From Macrostomum lignano (taxonomy: Eukaryota), in assembly GCA_002269645.1 (NCBI GenBank), contig NIVC01000807.1:306781-370780 (forward strand): a stretch of 64,000 bases of DNA, written 5' to 3'. Positions within the stretch are counted from its first letter, which is position 1; every line of letters begins with the position of its first letter. Position numbers and translations under genes: made by a program. A model generated the notes under the pieces. That model was given only the letters and a program-made list of their open reading frames with translations. It had not been told where the DNA came from and made no database searches. This document shows, one piece after another, positions 31,651 through 46,331 of the stretch.

Positions 31651-34600
31651 GATTTCTGGCTGAGAAACTCGACTGAGAGACCAGGAAGCCTAGAATTGGA
31701 CATCCAAAATATTTAAAGCGAGCCGACCAACATCCGTGCTAAAAGCCTGACAAGTGATAACTGAATACCCATTTTTGTTGCTAATTCCAATTTCTGTTGC
31801 TGTATAGTCAACTGAAGATTCACGATATCTGTGTCGATAGATAGATAGATATTATATGGCATTGGTCCGTCAACCTAGCATATGGTCCACAATTCTGGGG
31901 CTGATCTTGCTCTTCTGTAGCAGTTGCTAAAGAAGCTATGTACCAAAATGATGCTTGTTGGACCAAATTAAATGCCACTGTGCCAGCCTTGCTACCATAG
32001 ACAAAAGCTCCATTGCATTGGCAAAACTAGCTTGGATTAAATTCAATACGCGTAGGCCCGAATGGGCTCCAAAAAGCTATACTAGAACCTTTACGCAAGC
32101 AGTGAAAAGTACCTTGAAAAGGTAGCAATTCGACACCGTTGTAACTAACCATTTCCCTAAACAAGTTACTGAGTGGCACTGATCTTACTCATCCTATTTT
32201 TGCCGATATAAAACTGCCCAATTCCTCGCTCTGTGTGCCCAGAATCTTCAATTGCTGCTCAAATGTGCACTTTTATTGCCGATGACCCGGACAGGGAGAT
32301 GGTTGCAGTCTCTCAGCTCTGTCTCAGTCATTAATTTTTTCACTCGCCTCTCCTTTATATACGAATATTTCGTGTGTACTGTTCTACAAATCCATTCGGA
32401 ATTGTTGAAGCATGAAGAATAGATCGCTGAATGCACAAGTTTTGCTGATTCAAATCTACCCAACTCAATCCCGCATTCGCGTCTTGCTCTGCAGGCAGCC
32501 TAGCCAATTCCGTTGAATTAAATTATTGATATGAAAATTCTATTAGATTGGCGAAATCGAAGGTCAGTTATCTTGAAACTCGGTGAGGCCAGTGGCTGCG
32601 GAAGAAGATTAAAGACTGAGGAATCCGGTTAGTTTGGATAAAAATTTAATTAACCTCGGGGAGACCTATTTTTAACTCAGTGTGAGGGAAGTCGTTTTCT
32701 TCGTTTTCACAAACTCGATCGCCCTGTTCTTGCTTGATGCCAAGAAACTTCATGCCTTCAGTTATGCTATAACAAGGTGGGTTGTCAGTTCCTTGATAGA
32801 TTCCAACTTCAAGTATTCCATCATTTTCGGTGCTGCAGCTAGCGACAAAGTTCCTGATCGCAGAAACACCAAGCAGAGGTAAGTACGAGGCCAACTCCTC
32901 CGTTGGAGGAGAAAGGGAATAGAACTCCCATCGGCAGATTTTCATTCTCTGAAATCCATCAGCTGAATCCCATGACCGGAATTCCATCTTCTAAATCCTC
33001 TCCAAATCCTCTATAGAACCTCTCAAATACCATTTCTCTACTGCCATCGCTCAGACTGAGACTCTCTCATGTCTCCTCTCCTCCTACTCTTTCATCTCTC
33101 CTCCCTACTCTTTGATCTCTTCTCTCTTCTCTCTACTCTCTCATCTATTGTCTTTTCTGGTTTTCTATTATCTCTCCTCTCTTCTCCTTTCCTCTTTTCT
33201 CTAATCTCTTATCTGACTGACTGAAGGCACCAATAATAAAAACCAATTCAAATTTGTCACCCGCCTCCATTACTGAAATTACTCAAATAATAGCTGGCTT
33301 GAATGTGCGCATGCAACCTCCCCCCAACTTAATGCTGACTGACCTATCGCAAAAATAACTACAATCTTGGCAGAAATTTTTTAAAAGTATGGAAATCTTT
33401 TTTTTCAATGCTGTGCTTTTTGTTTTCATATTTAAAGCAAACAACTTATATCCCCAAACTCAGCGTTGCAAGATCTTTCCAGCAATATATCTTCTCTTAA
33501 AGATTATAACTCGAGGCACAGTTGGCATGGCACACACAATGAGCATGAACTCAAGAATCAGTCAATAGTCGGTCACTCAATGGTCCAGTGACAAGCCCCC
33601 AGACCCGTCAATTTCAATTTATTTCCTATGGAATAAAAAGTGTCCACGTCATAGTTGAGACTTCAAGATTGAATATGGCTGCGAGTTGCTGATGAGGTCA
33701 GAATTTTTTAGGACTCCAGCCTTGTTGGGCAGAATAGGGGGGAACTGTTCCTCATCAATTATGCCCGGGAGTGAATGCCTCTGCAGCTACGGGGCTTCAC
33801 CTTAGTCTGCACTAGTCCGTGTCACCTAGCTGGATCTGTCTGCTGTTGCAGGCGAGCGCTGCACCTCTTGAATTCCTTCCCATTTTGAACACAACCTCTT
33901 TGGTGACTGACGGGACAAATTATTAAAAAGCAATGGCCCCAGGGGACTGTTAGGTAGATAGAATGGAATGCCTAAAATTGAAAATGTGACGGCAGTTGCA
34001 GAGACCAGACAGACTTCATCTGTGCGTTTCGCCGCCCCCCATCTGTTCCTAATGGAACCGTGTGTTTTGGTCTTCTTCGCATAGACATTAAGATCCATAG
34101 ATCCACACAGTGTTCCCCATAGATCCAACAGCATCGCCTCTGCTCTCACTGAATCCTCTAACTTTCTTCCTCTTCAAGTGTCTCTCTATTCCAAGCTCAA
34201 CTTCCAGCTTTACTCAGCCTCCCACTCTAATCTCAAATTTCCACTTTCATTTCCCAGCCCCATCTCCCTATCGGCTCAGCTCCCACGCCCGGCTTAACTC
34301 GTGGCCAAGCGCAAGTTCCGGAAATCCCAGAGCCGCGCCCATCAGTCCTCGTCTCCGCCTCCTCCCGATATCCGCGGCATCGGTTGCACTTTTATTGCAA
34401 AGCCCTGCACTCTCCTCCCCTTCTGCATCCAAGCCTATTGCAGCTATACGTTTGTCTTTTGCATAAAAGCAGAAAATCCAGCCTACTAAACTGACGCCTA
34501 TCCGGTCTGCCGCCCCCCCCCCTGCTTCCGCTGCCTCCCTTCAAATCCAGTCCGTCCGGTTCGCAGTGGCGGCTGCGCGGGAATTCGGGCCGCAGGCGAT

Positions 34601-35283
34601 CCGACGGCTGCTGCGGAGGATCTGCTGAGGATCGACCTCGAGCATCTCCCAACCCCCACCCCCTCCCCATTTCGATCCGCGGATCTGGCCATCATCTCCC
34701 CGGGCCGGTCTTGCGCAAGACTTATATTTTTCATTGAATCCCTCTTTCCCTCTTAAGCCCCCCCTCGCTGCTCCCTCTCGTTCCAGAATTCCCTCTTGGC
34801 GCCGCGCGGCCCGTCAGAAATTCTGATGCAGCCTGATGTGGGTCTGGGGAGGACTGGACTGGGGCTGCAAAGAGGCTGCAAATAGGCAAATGTAGAAAGA
34901 TGCAGAAGGGAAAGGAGAGAGAGGGATGCACGAGTGCAAGGGACAGCGTGGGACCCTGCCATCGGTCTTCGGCCCTGAGGGCTGCTGCGCCGTGGCGCTA
35001 AAGTTAGTAAAAATTCTCTCTATTAGATCGCCCCAGCCCCAGGTCTGCCCGCTTTTCACAGCTAGCGTTATTCTACTTGATTCACTGGGACATTTTTCTC
35101 CCAGTCACGCGCCCCACAACTGACGCTGCTTCTTTGTGAACTCATGAAAATCTCTGGATGAGAGAGCGGCGATTTCAATCAGATTGCCTGCTGGGGCGTG
35201 ATCCCCGGCCAGCTGAGACCGGCTTGCAGTTGCTGGACTGAAGCTGCAAGCTATAATTTGAGGAAGTGCAGCTGATTTCCTCG

Positions 35284-35587
<304 letters not shown>

Positions 35588-35603
35588 CATCAATCACCCG
35601 CAG

Positions 35604-36943
35604 GCAAAAGCCGGGCAGAAATGGGCCAGAGTGGCAGCAGTGAGCTGCGGATCTCCCAGGAGGCAGACGCGGCAACCTTCGCATCAGGTTCGTCTTCATC
35701 AGATCCGTCGGTCTCCTCACCGGCGGCTGCGCAGCTCCGTTGGCTGCGCGCCAGCCGCGCCGGCCGGGGCAGCCTGATGGCTGAGTGGCGCTGGTTTCAA
35801 GACGTCGAGCCGACCGGCCGCTGCCACCTGTTGTTCCTCAGAAGCGACGCCCCGCGGCCCGGGCAGGCCGGTCGGATGCGCCGCGTACCGGTGAAGCCGC
35901 TGCTGCCCGGCTACACCATGACCGGGCTGGCTGAGGACGCGCCCTACCGAGTCTGCCTGCAGTGTGCGGCCACAGCCGCTGCCACCATGTCGGAGGCCGG
36001 ACAGAACCGGACAAGCGCGAAGCCCGTGGCCGGCCGGCCGTCAGAAATCATGCACTGCGTGAACGTGTCCACCAAGCAGGCCCATCTGCCAGCCATCATT
36101 GGCAGCAGCCTGGGCGCCCTGTGCGCCTTGATACTTGTCCTGGCGCTTGTGCTGCTGTCCCGACGGTCAAAGCAGTACCGCAAAGTGACTGAGCGGCAGA
36201 CCTCGGCGACCGCCAAGAAGGTTTTGGTGCAGGAGATTTCCTATAAAACAGAGCATCTGCCACCGACGAAGCTGGATTTAGACAGCAACTCCGACGGCTA
36301 CATATACGATGGCAGCGAGGAACAGCAGGTCTCATCAGCCAGTGACGACGTGTTGACGCCGCCGCCGCAGCCGCCGCCGCCTCCGCCAACGATGGAGTCT
36401 CCTCCGGATGAGGCAGCGCCAGCGGCCAAAGAACTGGCAGCTGAATCGGAAAGCTCAGCCGGGAAGCCGGAGCTCGAGTCTCTGCTGTCGGGCGGGGATT
36501 GCCAACCACCGGATGCGAGCGCTGACCCGGAAGAAGCAGCGGTCCCGCCGACGCCTCCGCCGCCGCCACCGTCTGGACCTTCAATGGATGTTGAAGCCGC
36601 GGTAGACACCTCATCTACACCGATTTCCACTTCAACCGACGGTCGCCAGGTGATCCAAGTTAACGAGACGGACGAATACTCAATCGACCTTCGCCTGTGC
36701 GACTCCTTGTCGCGTCAGCAGAGCCTAAAGATGTCTGCATCCGCCACAACATCCTCGGCCACCTCCGCCTCCATTATCGCGTCCGCATCCGGATCGGCGT
36801 CCGTGGCCGAGCAGCCAGACGATTCTACGGCGACTCCGACTCGACAATCCAGCGACAATCAACCGCAGCAGGCGGAGCAGCGGGGCCAGTCAGTTGGCGC
36901 GGCGGTGCCTTCGTTGTACACCCAGCTCATTGAAACATTGTAG
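35604..36943 (+). CDS. Type I-like membrane protein: FN3-like domain, TM helix, Pro/Ser-rich cytoplasmic tail; 5' end unresolved
   Basis: Acceptor CCCGCAG at 35603; YTMTGLAEDAPYRVCL..CVNVST FN3 C-terminal pattern, TM IIGSSLGALCALILVLALVLL then SRRSK; no signal peptide found. Confidence 0.6.
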
Positions 36944-39582
36944 CTATCCGATTCTCGAATACCTGCGCGCAGTTTTGATCTGTTTTTGTTGTGATGCATA
37001 TAGTTTTTGAGTACATGTAAATGCGTGCACTCTAAGAGCGATAGGGAATCTGTGCCAGCCAGCCCCTAAAGTCCTAAAATTTTCTCGTGTAATTTGATGC
37101 TTCTGAGTCGAGTGACTTTTTGTATATAAAACAGTAGTGTTCATGAGATGACGATATTCCATATTTTTAATATGACTCACAAGCATTAGCGCTGCTCTAA
37201 ATGTAGGTGCATCAGTTTGATATGATTGCCTCTACTGCAGCAGTATGCTAGACATGTACACGAGTGATTTTAAATGAGTAGGCATGTTAGCAAATATCTA
37301 AATATAATCCCTCACTAGTCACTTCAAGCAACGCAATCAAGACCGGCGATTTTTATTTTTGCAGTGCTGCAAATACATGTGCTGCTATAGCTCCTCGAGA
37401 ACTATAAAACAAGTTCTTTTCTCTGATTTTGAGACTTTCACATATTAATTTCATCCCACAACCACGCAGCTGTCGAATCATGATCCACAACCAGAATTGG
37501 CATGAATACATGTAGTTTTAGTTTAATGACAGATATAATAAAATCAATGAGATGTGAAAAATAAAAAGAAAGTATATTGTTCAGGACAACTGAATACTGA
37601 TGAGTTTGATCAGTTTTCCCTGAACAGAATTAGAATCAGGCGCCAAGGAGTGCTACGAGCTATCTTTGGCCAGAGGCAATGAGTCATTGATCTATCCAGT
37701 AACCGCAAGATTTAAGTACCACTTTATTTACACGATGGCAAGATTTTTTCTAAGGACCTCAATTTCGGGACTACCCACGCTGCAGATAGGCAATATTCGT
37801 CTTTTAAGCTGAAAACTGAAAACTGAAAACTGAGCGAGATGTATGAAGCATATAACTCAAACTCAGAGAATACTTAGCTATATATTTTATTAGCTAGATT
37901 AGCTTCCAAATTGATATATTCGGCAAAATAAAACCATCCTTGACTAAAAGCTGCCTAACTTAAGTTGTCTGTGGTCGTGAAGAGATAATAAACTTACCTT
38001 ACGGGACCCAAATCTACATATAAAACTTTTGGAAAATAGAAATTACGATATTTTAGTTAAAACTAGTTTAAAAACTTGAACTTACGTTTTTCTTAGAAAC
38101 AGTAATTTAGCAGCAGAATCAGACAGACATCATTAATACGGTCGGCTCATTAGCCGGATTAAATGAACAGTAAACAGGCATTGAGAATTAAATTTTTACC
38201 ATTCGCTTCTTTATAATTATTTATTCACTTGCGCTTTAACTAAATAAATTTAAGTAACTTTTCAGGCAAATGACATGCACGATCTATTCTGTACTTATTC
38301 AATTTTAAAACCTAAATTAAATTTATAAATTTGGCTAGCTGTTATCATGTTTATCAGAAAAATAAAAAAACCAGGCTTCAGGCTACTTACTAATATTAAC
38401 TATCAAATATCGCATGCAAATTTATAACTAATTTATCTTTGCAAAAAAGTTAATAAAAATGTCTAACATTTTTCTAAACCATATTACTATAAAGTTTTTT
38501 ATAAAGTGAAACTAAAGACAAAGTAAATTTCGAGGGCTATTCAATAAGTTTGTAGAATAAGACATTCTAAATAGGCTATCACAAAAGTTATCTGCATACA
38601 TTCCAATGGTCTTTACAGTTGAGTGGTAATAGTAGACATGGGAACTAGATGTAAGAAATATGTCCCCCATATGCTTTGTCTAAAGGTAGTTGTTATTTGT
38701 CCAGTGACCCAATGAATAGCCTTTTTGCTATTTGTCCAGTTAAATTATCTATTTGTTTAGTGATGAATATTCTAGATTTTTAAGACCTTTTCTTGTATCT
38801 TGATTAATATTTTGTTATATACTAGTGCAAGCAAAGTAGATATGTATAATTTGGTAGTATAAGACATACACTAGTATAACAACATAATAATGATGACATG
38901 AGTAAGAAGTCTTTGAAGTTTAGGAATATTCACCCTTGTAGTTTCTGTAAAATAGAATATCAATTTAACTGGACAAATAACAAAATGCCTATTTGTCTAG
39001 TATTAACTTGATGAATAGGGAAACATGGCTATGCCTATTATTCAATAATTGGACAAATAACCACATCACTATTGTCCAGTCACCAGACAATAACTGCTTT
39101 GTCTAAAAACCTATGTATCCCATAGCCATATCTGTAGCTACAGTGAAACTCTACTCCTATCTAATTTGCTTCTCAACATATTTTATAGATAGATTAATGC
39201 ATTTCTTCATCTAATAAAACCATGCTATAAAACAGTCTCTAAATAAATTCTTTACTACTTATTCTTTATTACAATAAGTAATAAGTAATAAATTCTACTT
39301 TTATTGGTAGAATGTTATTGTTTTTATATCGGGCCTAGAAAGCAAGCATAAAATATCCAAATTATAATGTTGCACAGCATTTATTATCACCTGGCTATTT
39401 TATCTGGAAATATACTTAGGTGTTATAAAATTTTATGAGCAATCATATGAGGACTGTTTTCTTAATATTTTAACTTACTAAAATACATTTCTACGAGTAG
39501 CTGGACATTTCATCAATCAACATCCATTAAATATCCATTCATCCTTGATTCGCTCCAGCAAGCATCGGCTAAGCTCTCAGCC

Positions 39583-39921
39583 ATGTCGTCTCTGCTGGCT
39601 CTCATCATCGCTCGTGGACCAGCTTTCCAGTCTGGCTTGTTGATTCGCCGTGCCGCCATGCCTCTGTGCACTGCGTCACCGTCAAAGCCGGCGCCACCGC
39701 CAGCGCCTGGCGCCAAAACGCGCCACCTCTCTCCGGCTTGTCAGCAGCACCTCGACAAATTTCTTTCAACTGTCAATTCTATCGATAAAAGCTCTGGCAA
39801 AGCGGGGTCATACAAGAATCCAGAGTACTTTGTGTTTGATGACGTGTCATTCTATGACTACGAGATGGCCATGGAGAGCAAGCGGCTGCCACAGCCTGAG
39901 AGCAAGCTCACCGCTTTCTGA
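39583..39921 (+). CDS. NDUFV3: NADH dehydrogenase flavoprotein 3-like (complex I 10-kDa subunit)
   Basis: Mitochondrial presequence-like N-terminus; C-terminal YKNPEYF..SFYDYEMAMESKRLPQP matches the NDUFV3 signature. Confidence 0.8.
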   Translation: MSSLLALIIARGPAFQSGLLIRRAAMPLCTASPSKPAPPPAPGAKTRHLSPACQQHLDKFLSTVNSIDKSSGKAGSYKNPEYFVFDDVSFYDYEMAMESKRLPQPESKLTAF

Positions 39922-40271
39922 CTTTCAAACTTTAGTTTTTAGTCACTGATAGAGTGTCTGGCGAGTTTCATGTAAACAAGTAGGAAGCTAGTAAGTAGCT
40001 TGTGCACCGTAGAAAATACCTAACTTTGTCATAGGTTTTTATCAACGTTTCAGTTGTAGCAATCAACAGGTTGAGAAATATTAAATAAAGATTTAAGTAA
40101 ATATAACTGTAACTCTCCGTTAGTGCAAATGCCTTTAACGTGCTGTTAATAATGTAAGTTTATACATGAATTCTTTGTCTTTTTTTTCTTTTTTCTTAAA
40201 AATTTTCCTATTAGACACAAGGCCGCTACTCATAGTAGTCTCAGTTGCTTTTTTCTGCTGTCATTATTCTA

Positions 40272-40555
40272 GGATTGTAGCCTAGTGGTTAGAGCGTCGA
40301 ACTCACGACTGGAGGGTCGGGGGTTCGATTCTCGACCCACTCGGAACAATTTGTGTCTTTGAGCGAGACACTTAACTCTGCATTGCTTCTGTCCAACCAA
40401 CTGTAAAATGAGTACCAGCATTATCTGGGGTAATTGAGGCTGTGTGGCGACTCCCTGAACAGCCGTACGCAGCCTTCAGATGCACTGCGCAATGGCTGCG
40501 GCTGAGCTGTCGGTTGCACATCTGCCCATTACGGCAGGTGTAATCAATTATTGTA
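40272..40555 (+). mobile_element. tRNA-derived SINE copy, full length
   Basis: GGATTGTAGCCTAGTGG A box, GGTTCGATTC B box, body GTGTCTTTGAGCGAGACACTTAACTC..., AT-rich tail. Confidence 0.85.
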
Positions 40556-40824
40556 TTATCAAAGTCTAATATACTATATAAAAGTAAACTTTAGGTCTTG
40601 AAATTTTCGGATCAAAGTAAACTAGCCTGTATTCACGTGCAACTAGTGCTTCTAGCTTAAAGGTCTACATAATCGTACTCGTATCAGATATATGTGCTTG
40701 GCGGAATGACAGAAGATATTAATTGATATTCAGCCGCAAATTGATTTTGGTTAGAATTGTCTCACGGCTTTGAAAAGAAGTATGCAGTGACAAATTATCT
40801 AAAATCTCAGTCTTGCAGATTTGG

Positions 40825-43800
40825 TCATTCCTCCCTCCGAGCAGGTTTTGCTTCACCATCCGCAGTTTCGTCGCCGCTCGAGTCGACCTCGCCGCCTGGG
40901 CCGCCACCCATTCGCCGTTTTTCTAAGCGGGCAATACGGCGCTTCAGCCGGCCCTGTGTAGCATCGAATTCGGCCTGGGTGCGCGAGAACAGCGCCTGAA
41001 AAGACGCCAGATCGTCGGCCAGGCGCTGCGACTTCTGCTCCATGGTCTCCTGAGCTCGGAGCGCTTTGGCCAGCACCGCTTCGTCGATCAGGTTGTCCTT
41101 GCGCAGCAACTGCTGGCCTTTCTCCAAAAGTTTCACCCTGGCATCCGGGTACTCGGTCAGCGCGTCCCACAGATCGGTCTTGCTGAGGCAAAACAGATCG
41201 GAGTAGCCGTCGCTGCGAACGTTGGCTGTGCGCCTGTTGCCAGTCTTGTTGCCGGGGATGTTTAGGATTGAAATCTCGCCAAACACGCTGCCCTCGCCTA
41301 GCGTGACGAACACTGTCTTGCCGTCCGGTGAAACCACGCTGATTTTGCCTCGCTTCACAATGTACATCTCCTTGCCGATGTCGCCCTTGCGGCAAATATA
41401 GTCACCAGGAGAGAATACCTGCAGCTTGAGCTTGAGCACCAGTTCCACTAGTAGCCCGGGCTCACAGTCTTGAAAGATTGCCACGCGTTTCAGTGTATCG
41501 AAGTGCACATGAATGGCTACCTCCGCTTTCAGCTTCTCAGGCAGAGTGCCAAGAATATTTTCCTCGTCTAACGACTGCTTGTTCTCCCATAGGTAGTCGA
41601 ACCAACGCAGGACTCGGTGCTCGAGGGCTTTGCCAACCTTGCGGAACTCCATGTAGCGCTTCGCCTGAAATTCGAAAATGAAACAGACTTTACAGGAATT
41701 CTCTACGGTCAAAGCATTTTGGGGGCACTCTATTGGCTTGGAATATCTAACTGAATAACTTATTACTGCTTGGGAAATTTACCCCGTCCATGCGCTGTTG
41801 AAACTCCGTGCTGGCCGCACTAATGTTCGTCACCATGGAACCGACGCTTCCAATAATGATAGCGAATATCAGGATGCCTACTATCAGCACGATGATCTCG
41901 AAAACGTACTCAAATTCTGTTACTGGCTTAGGAATCTCCGCTACAGCTGTAAGCGTAAGCGAGGACCAGTAAAATGAGTAAAGATACTTGGCGTAGAGCT
42001 CATCCAGCTCTGCTGAAAAGTTGTAGGGCTCAGAGTTTGCAATCATTAAGCCGTCCGGCCGCATCGGATAAGTCCAAGAGTCCTTTCCCAGTCCGATGAT
42101 CAGACAGAGGGCAAAGTAGATGCAGGCGTTCCAGTGGAAGATCACCATGATGTACATCATAAGGTTCAACGCGCGGAACAGATTCGGAAAGTTTGTTCGG
42201 GCCTCTGTGCGGTCGAAGAATTCGAGAAATTTTCCAAATTTCAGCAGCCGATTAGCTCGCACGTAGACACCATTTGTCGAGATCTGGGGCACCAGGTAGA
42301 GCAGATCGGTTGGCAGAACCGCCAGTACGTCTAGCTTGAACCGCATCGTTTGGCGATAGAAGCGACGAAGCCTGCTCAGGTCAGTGATCATCAGACCCTG
42401 CTCCAGGACGCCTGCAATGTGGAAACAAAACGGAACTTCTCCGATTAAAATCGGTCTCTTATTTGGTCCTTTAAATTTTATCGCATGGTCTTGTAATTCG
42501 TTTGATTAGAGCTTAAAATCAGCTCGAAGGATGATGGCGCTGAAAGCATTTAGGATACATTTTACGCAGCATTGAATCACCTGTCCTGGAGCTGAAAAAC
42601 ATGTCAATCAAGTTCACCCCGTCGGTCAAGTAGTCGAACAGCAGCCAAACCCAAAGCGCCTCCTGCAGCTGAGTGAACACAGATCTGGCTATGATGAACA
42701 CCAGATTGTAAGAGAATGCCGCGGACACAACGGCCAACCAGTTGTAGTAGAAAGTCTGCGACGTGTCAACCACGAACTCGCTGGCGAAGCTGCAATAGCG
42801 CGGGGTTGTACGCTGTGCTGTATGTTACTTTTTGTATATTTACATATAAAAAAGGAGGAATGAATAGTGATCACGGCAGTTCGGTGAACAGATCGTCAAA
42901 AGGTCAATCAGTTTGGCTTTTTTAATGCAGTCAAGTTTAAAATCGGGACATCTCCTAGTGTGTCCTCTTAGTGACCAAGATATTCTGTTGGCTCTTAGTC
43001 AATGTTCTTTTTATGAACCAAATATATTATATTCTCTAAATTCCAAGTGGCTCACTGTCTCATCCAGCCGAACAGTCTCCGGTGAACTGGCGCTCTGTTC
43101 CTCACAGTCGAACCTTCGCCGTCACAATCATTGGCGCCGTTGCCTGCAGCGCCAGACACCGACGTAGCCGTCATCTCGTGATCGCCCATGTGCAGCTTCT
43201 GAAAAAAGGAGCTCCTTCTCCTGTACCGGCTGCCTTCCTCGGCTTCGATTTCGGCCTCCTGTTGTTCTTGTTGCTCCCGCCGCCGACTAGCGCTAGACCG
43301 AGTGAGCCACCTGGTCAGGACCTGCAATTAGCGTTGCAAGCAGAGCGGGCTGGAATATAAATGAGCACAGAAAGGGGGGCAGGCATGCGGGCGAAAACTA
43401 TCGGGGCGCCTAACTAAAGAAGACAAGACGGGGTTAGGGAGATGAATGAGCTAATGTTAGAGCATTTGCAACTCCTAACAAATGGGACTTTGTTTGTCCA
43501 TCTTGCCGATGTCTACCCGACCTTTCATTTTCTATTCCGATTGCTTGCGCCAGGCACGTGATCATCGCACATTCGAGCTGGCTAAAAACGGATTTTGCTC
43601 GTGACCCAAAGTAATATTGCTTCTTGGTCATATTTTTGTTCATTTTCACGTTCTTAAATATAATTTTCAATTTTCGGGATTGTCTCAAAGCTTTAATCGG
43701 AAAAAGTAGCTTTTAAAAGTACTTTGCTTCATTAGTCGTTCCTTGGACAGAGGGAGCTCAAACAGGAGTTGGGGAGAGACGCAGAGCAGGCTCCGGAACA

Positions 43801-44744
43801 GTGCGACCGCTCGAGCCCGAGCATGGAAGGGATGGAGGGTAGAAAACCGATCGATATTCGAGTCAAGTAAGCGCGCCTGAGCAGAGCTGAGGAAGGATGG
43901 GCAGGTGCGACTCTAGAGGGAAATGTAGCTGTCGTGTCCTCGCCTCAGCTTGCACTCGCAATCCCGCGAGAGAGCCAAGGGGAAATGAAGACAGGGATGC
44001 GCAGAGCAGAAGAAAAAAGCCGCTGTGTTCGAGCCCGACTATAGAGAGAAGTTTCAATAGAACAGATCTTAACATGGTAATTTAGTCAGACTTGTCTAAT
44101 ATGTAACGTATTATACATGCTACTGTAAATATGCAGGGTTAAGTAGTGTATTTTGAAACAATTTTTTATGTATTTGCTCTGACGGCAATTTGATCAAGTT
44201 GTTATTCACTAGAAAAATGTCACTATAAAGTACACAGTAGCTTGAAAAGTAATCCGCACCAATACTTCCTTAACTCGTTACTATAGAAACAAGCTCTTGA
44301 TGCAGATAGGGCTGTACTGTCAGAAGTAGTCAAAATGACACCAAACTTGAGCCAAAGTTGCGCCAGGAAGGCTTCAGCAGCGTCAAACTAAGACTCTTAA
44401 AAATGCCCGTACAGCAATATCTATCGTCGTCGCTGACAAATATGTATTTTTACATTACACCGCCGCATGACGTTGTTATCCGTCGATGTAAAAGTATATA
44501 TTTGTCTGAAATGTCGGATTGCTGTACGGGATGAGTTAAAATTGATGCGCTATGGTAAAACTATCGAATTAATGGAGCATCGCCACTGTTGCGCTATGCA
44601 TGCGCATGTTCGCCAACTCGTCCAACTCACGCTGACGCCGTCCGTGACCCGGCCAAGGACGCTGCGGCCGTTGGCATTCGCTGAGCCTGGCGCCAGCTGC
44701 TCCCGACTGGTGCCGACAGCTGCAGCTGCTGATGAAGATGACAT
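40825..44744 (-). CDS. Cyclic nucleotide-gated channel alpha subunit (CNGA/TAX-4-like); complement(join(40825..41664,41783..42411,42581..42789,43056..43321,44631..44744)), ~685 aa
   Basis: [13 protein letters not shown] (S1), RANRLLK (S4), [11 protein letters not shown] pore helix, C-linker, [16 protein letters not shown] cNMP pocket, C-terminal coiled coil; first exon is the least certain. Confidence 0.9.
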
Positions 44745-46331
44745 GCCTTTGCCTATTGGGACCTGCTTCGATTATTTTTTGAGCACTTTAAAAAATTCAC
44801 AATTTCTAAACGCGGCTTTTCTTTCGTAAAATCTCTTTCCTTATATCCCCATCCTCCTCATTCGCTCTTCCTCTCTGACTCAGCCCAGCAATCCAAAATC
44901 CGCATCACATTGGACTCACACTGTTCCCCTGGCTGTACGCCCTTCTAGGAAGGGATTGGACCAGTTCGAAGTCTACCATGCAGTTCTGTACAGAGTTTTC
45001 TTTGAAGAGATGCTAGAAGAGAATTATGTCTTGTCTATACAGTTACAAGGCAATCTATTTTAGTTTTCAAATGGCCAACTGGATAAATACTTAAATAACG
45101 TACAAAAAAGCAGTTACATGTAAGGTTAAAAAAGATTTCAGAGCTCCGATGCCGGGTGGGATATACAATTGCGTGCCGCATGTTTGTCCGGTCAGATGCT
45201 TGCCCGTTAGACATTTGTCCACAGAATGCATACATGATGATTCAATATAGCCCAAAGACATAAAACTCAAAGATCGTGAATATATTTCGGTGGCCTAGCT
45301 ATTTCCTGGAAAAAAGACACTGCGCAGATATAGGAAGATACCATATTTTCATCACATAATAATTGATTGGGTTTGATCTGGGGCAGCGAAGATTATCATT
45401 CTTTTAATTTAGCATGCACTGCATGTTACTCTGTTGTATTTCCGATAGATGTGTATAATGACAGCTTCATTTTCATATTAATCTTTTTAAATTCATAAAA
45501 AGAATAGTCCCATGTGAACTTTATTCTACGTAATGTAGCTTTCGTAATCATACTGAGTTAGAAAACAGCCATTCTAAGTTGAAAGCCTATTATAAAGACC
45601 AGATTGGGACATAGACAAGAGGCACATTTCTGGCTGAGAGACCAGCAGCAAGCCTGGCATTGGACATGCAATGGCCCAACCTTATCCTAGTTGTATATGC
45701 TTTCAGCTTGGATGTACTTTACCTCATACTAATAGCTTTAATCTGGAAATAGATTTCTCCTACCACATTCCTGTGAAAGCCAGGGACGTATAGGGTACGA
45801 ATGTGGGTAAAAAAGGGAGAAATATTCTTCTTCAGAGTTTCTGAGAAGAGCTGGATATTGTCCCCCCAATAACAGCTCTCTTCTATGGAGCAGAAGACCT
45901 ACCAATCAGCACCCAATTCTCTGTTCACCAACAAACAGTACAATGATCATTCTGCTATTATAAGTACGCTCGTATATTTCCTCTGAGCAAGGAATGGAAA
46001 TGTTATGCCACACAGAATGTACACTTCACTCTCTGCTCTATACTAGGAACAGCTCGCATGCAGTTTATAAATCCCACAGTTTGGCTAGCAGCAAGGGTAG
46101 CAAAGTCAGCAATAGCTCCCGGCCTACCAAGCCTAGCTCTGCAATTTTCATGGGTAAGTATGCATAGCAATATACATCTATATTGGGAGAGGCGGTACAT
46201 TTTACTGACATTATAACTGCCTTACTAGTGAACGGTAAAAACAATTATTTTAAATTGAACCGATTCAGGCTTTAACTGATTTTTATCATGCCTTAGTGAG
46301 AGTCTTACAGTACATGGAGATTTAAGTGAAT

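Noticed and set aside
28380-34960. Scattered ORFs such as 28592..29053, 32646..32987 and 33826..34149
   Set aside because: No recognisable motifs or consistent exon chain; may be decayed transposon or regulatory sequence.
38530-39200. AT-rich segment with inverted motifs (TATTTGTCCAGTTAAATT / AATTTAACTGGACAAATA), possible MITE or foldback
   Set aside because: Could not define termini or a target-site duplication.
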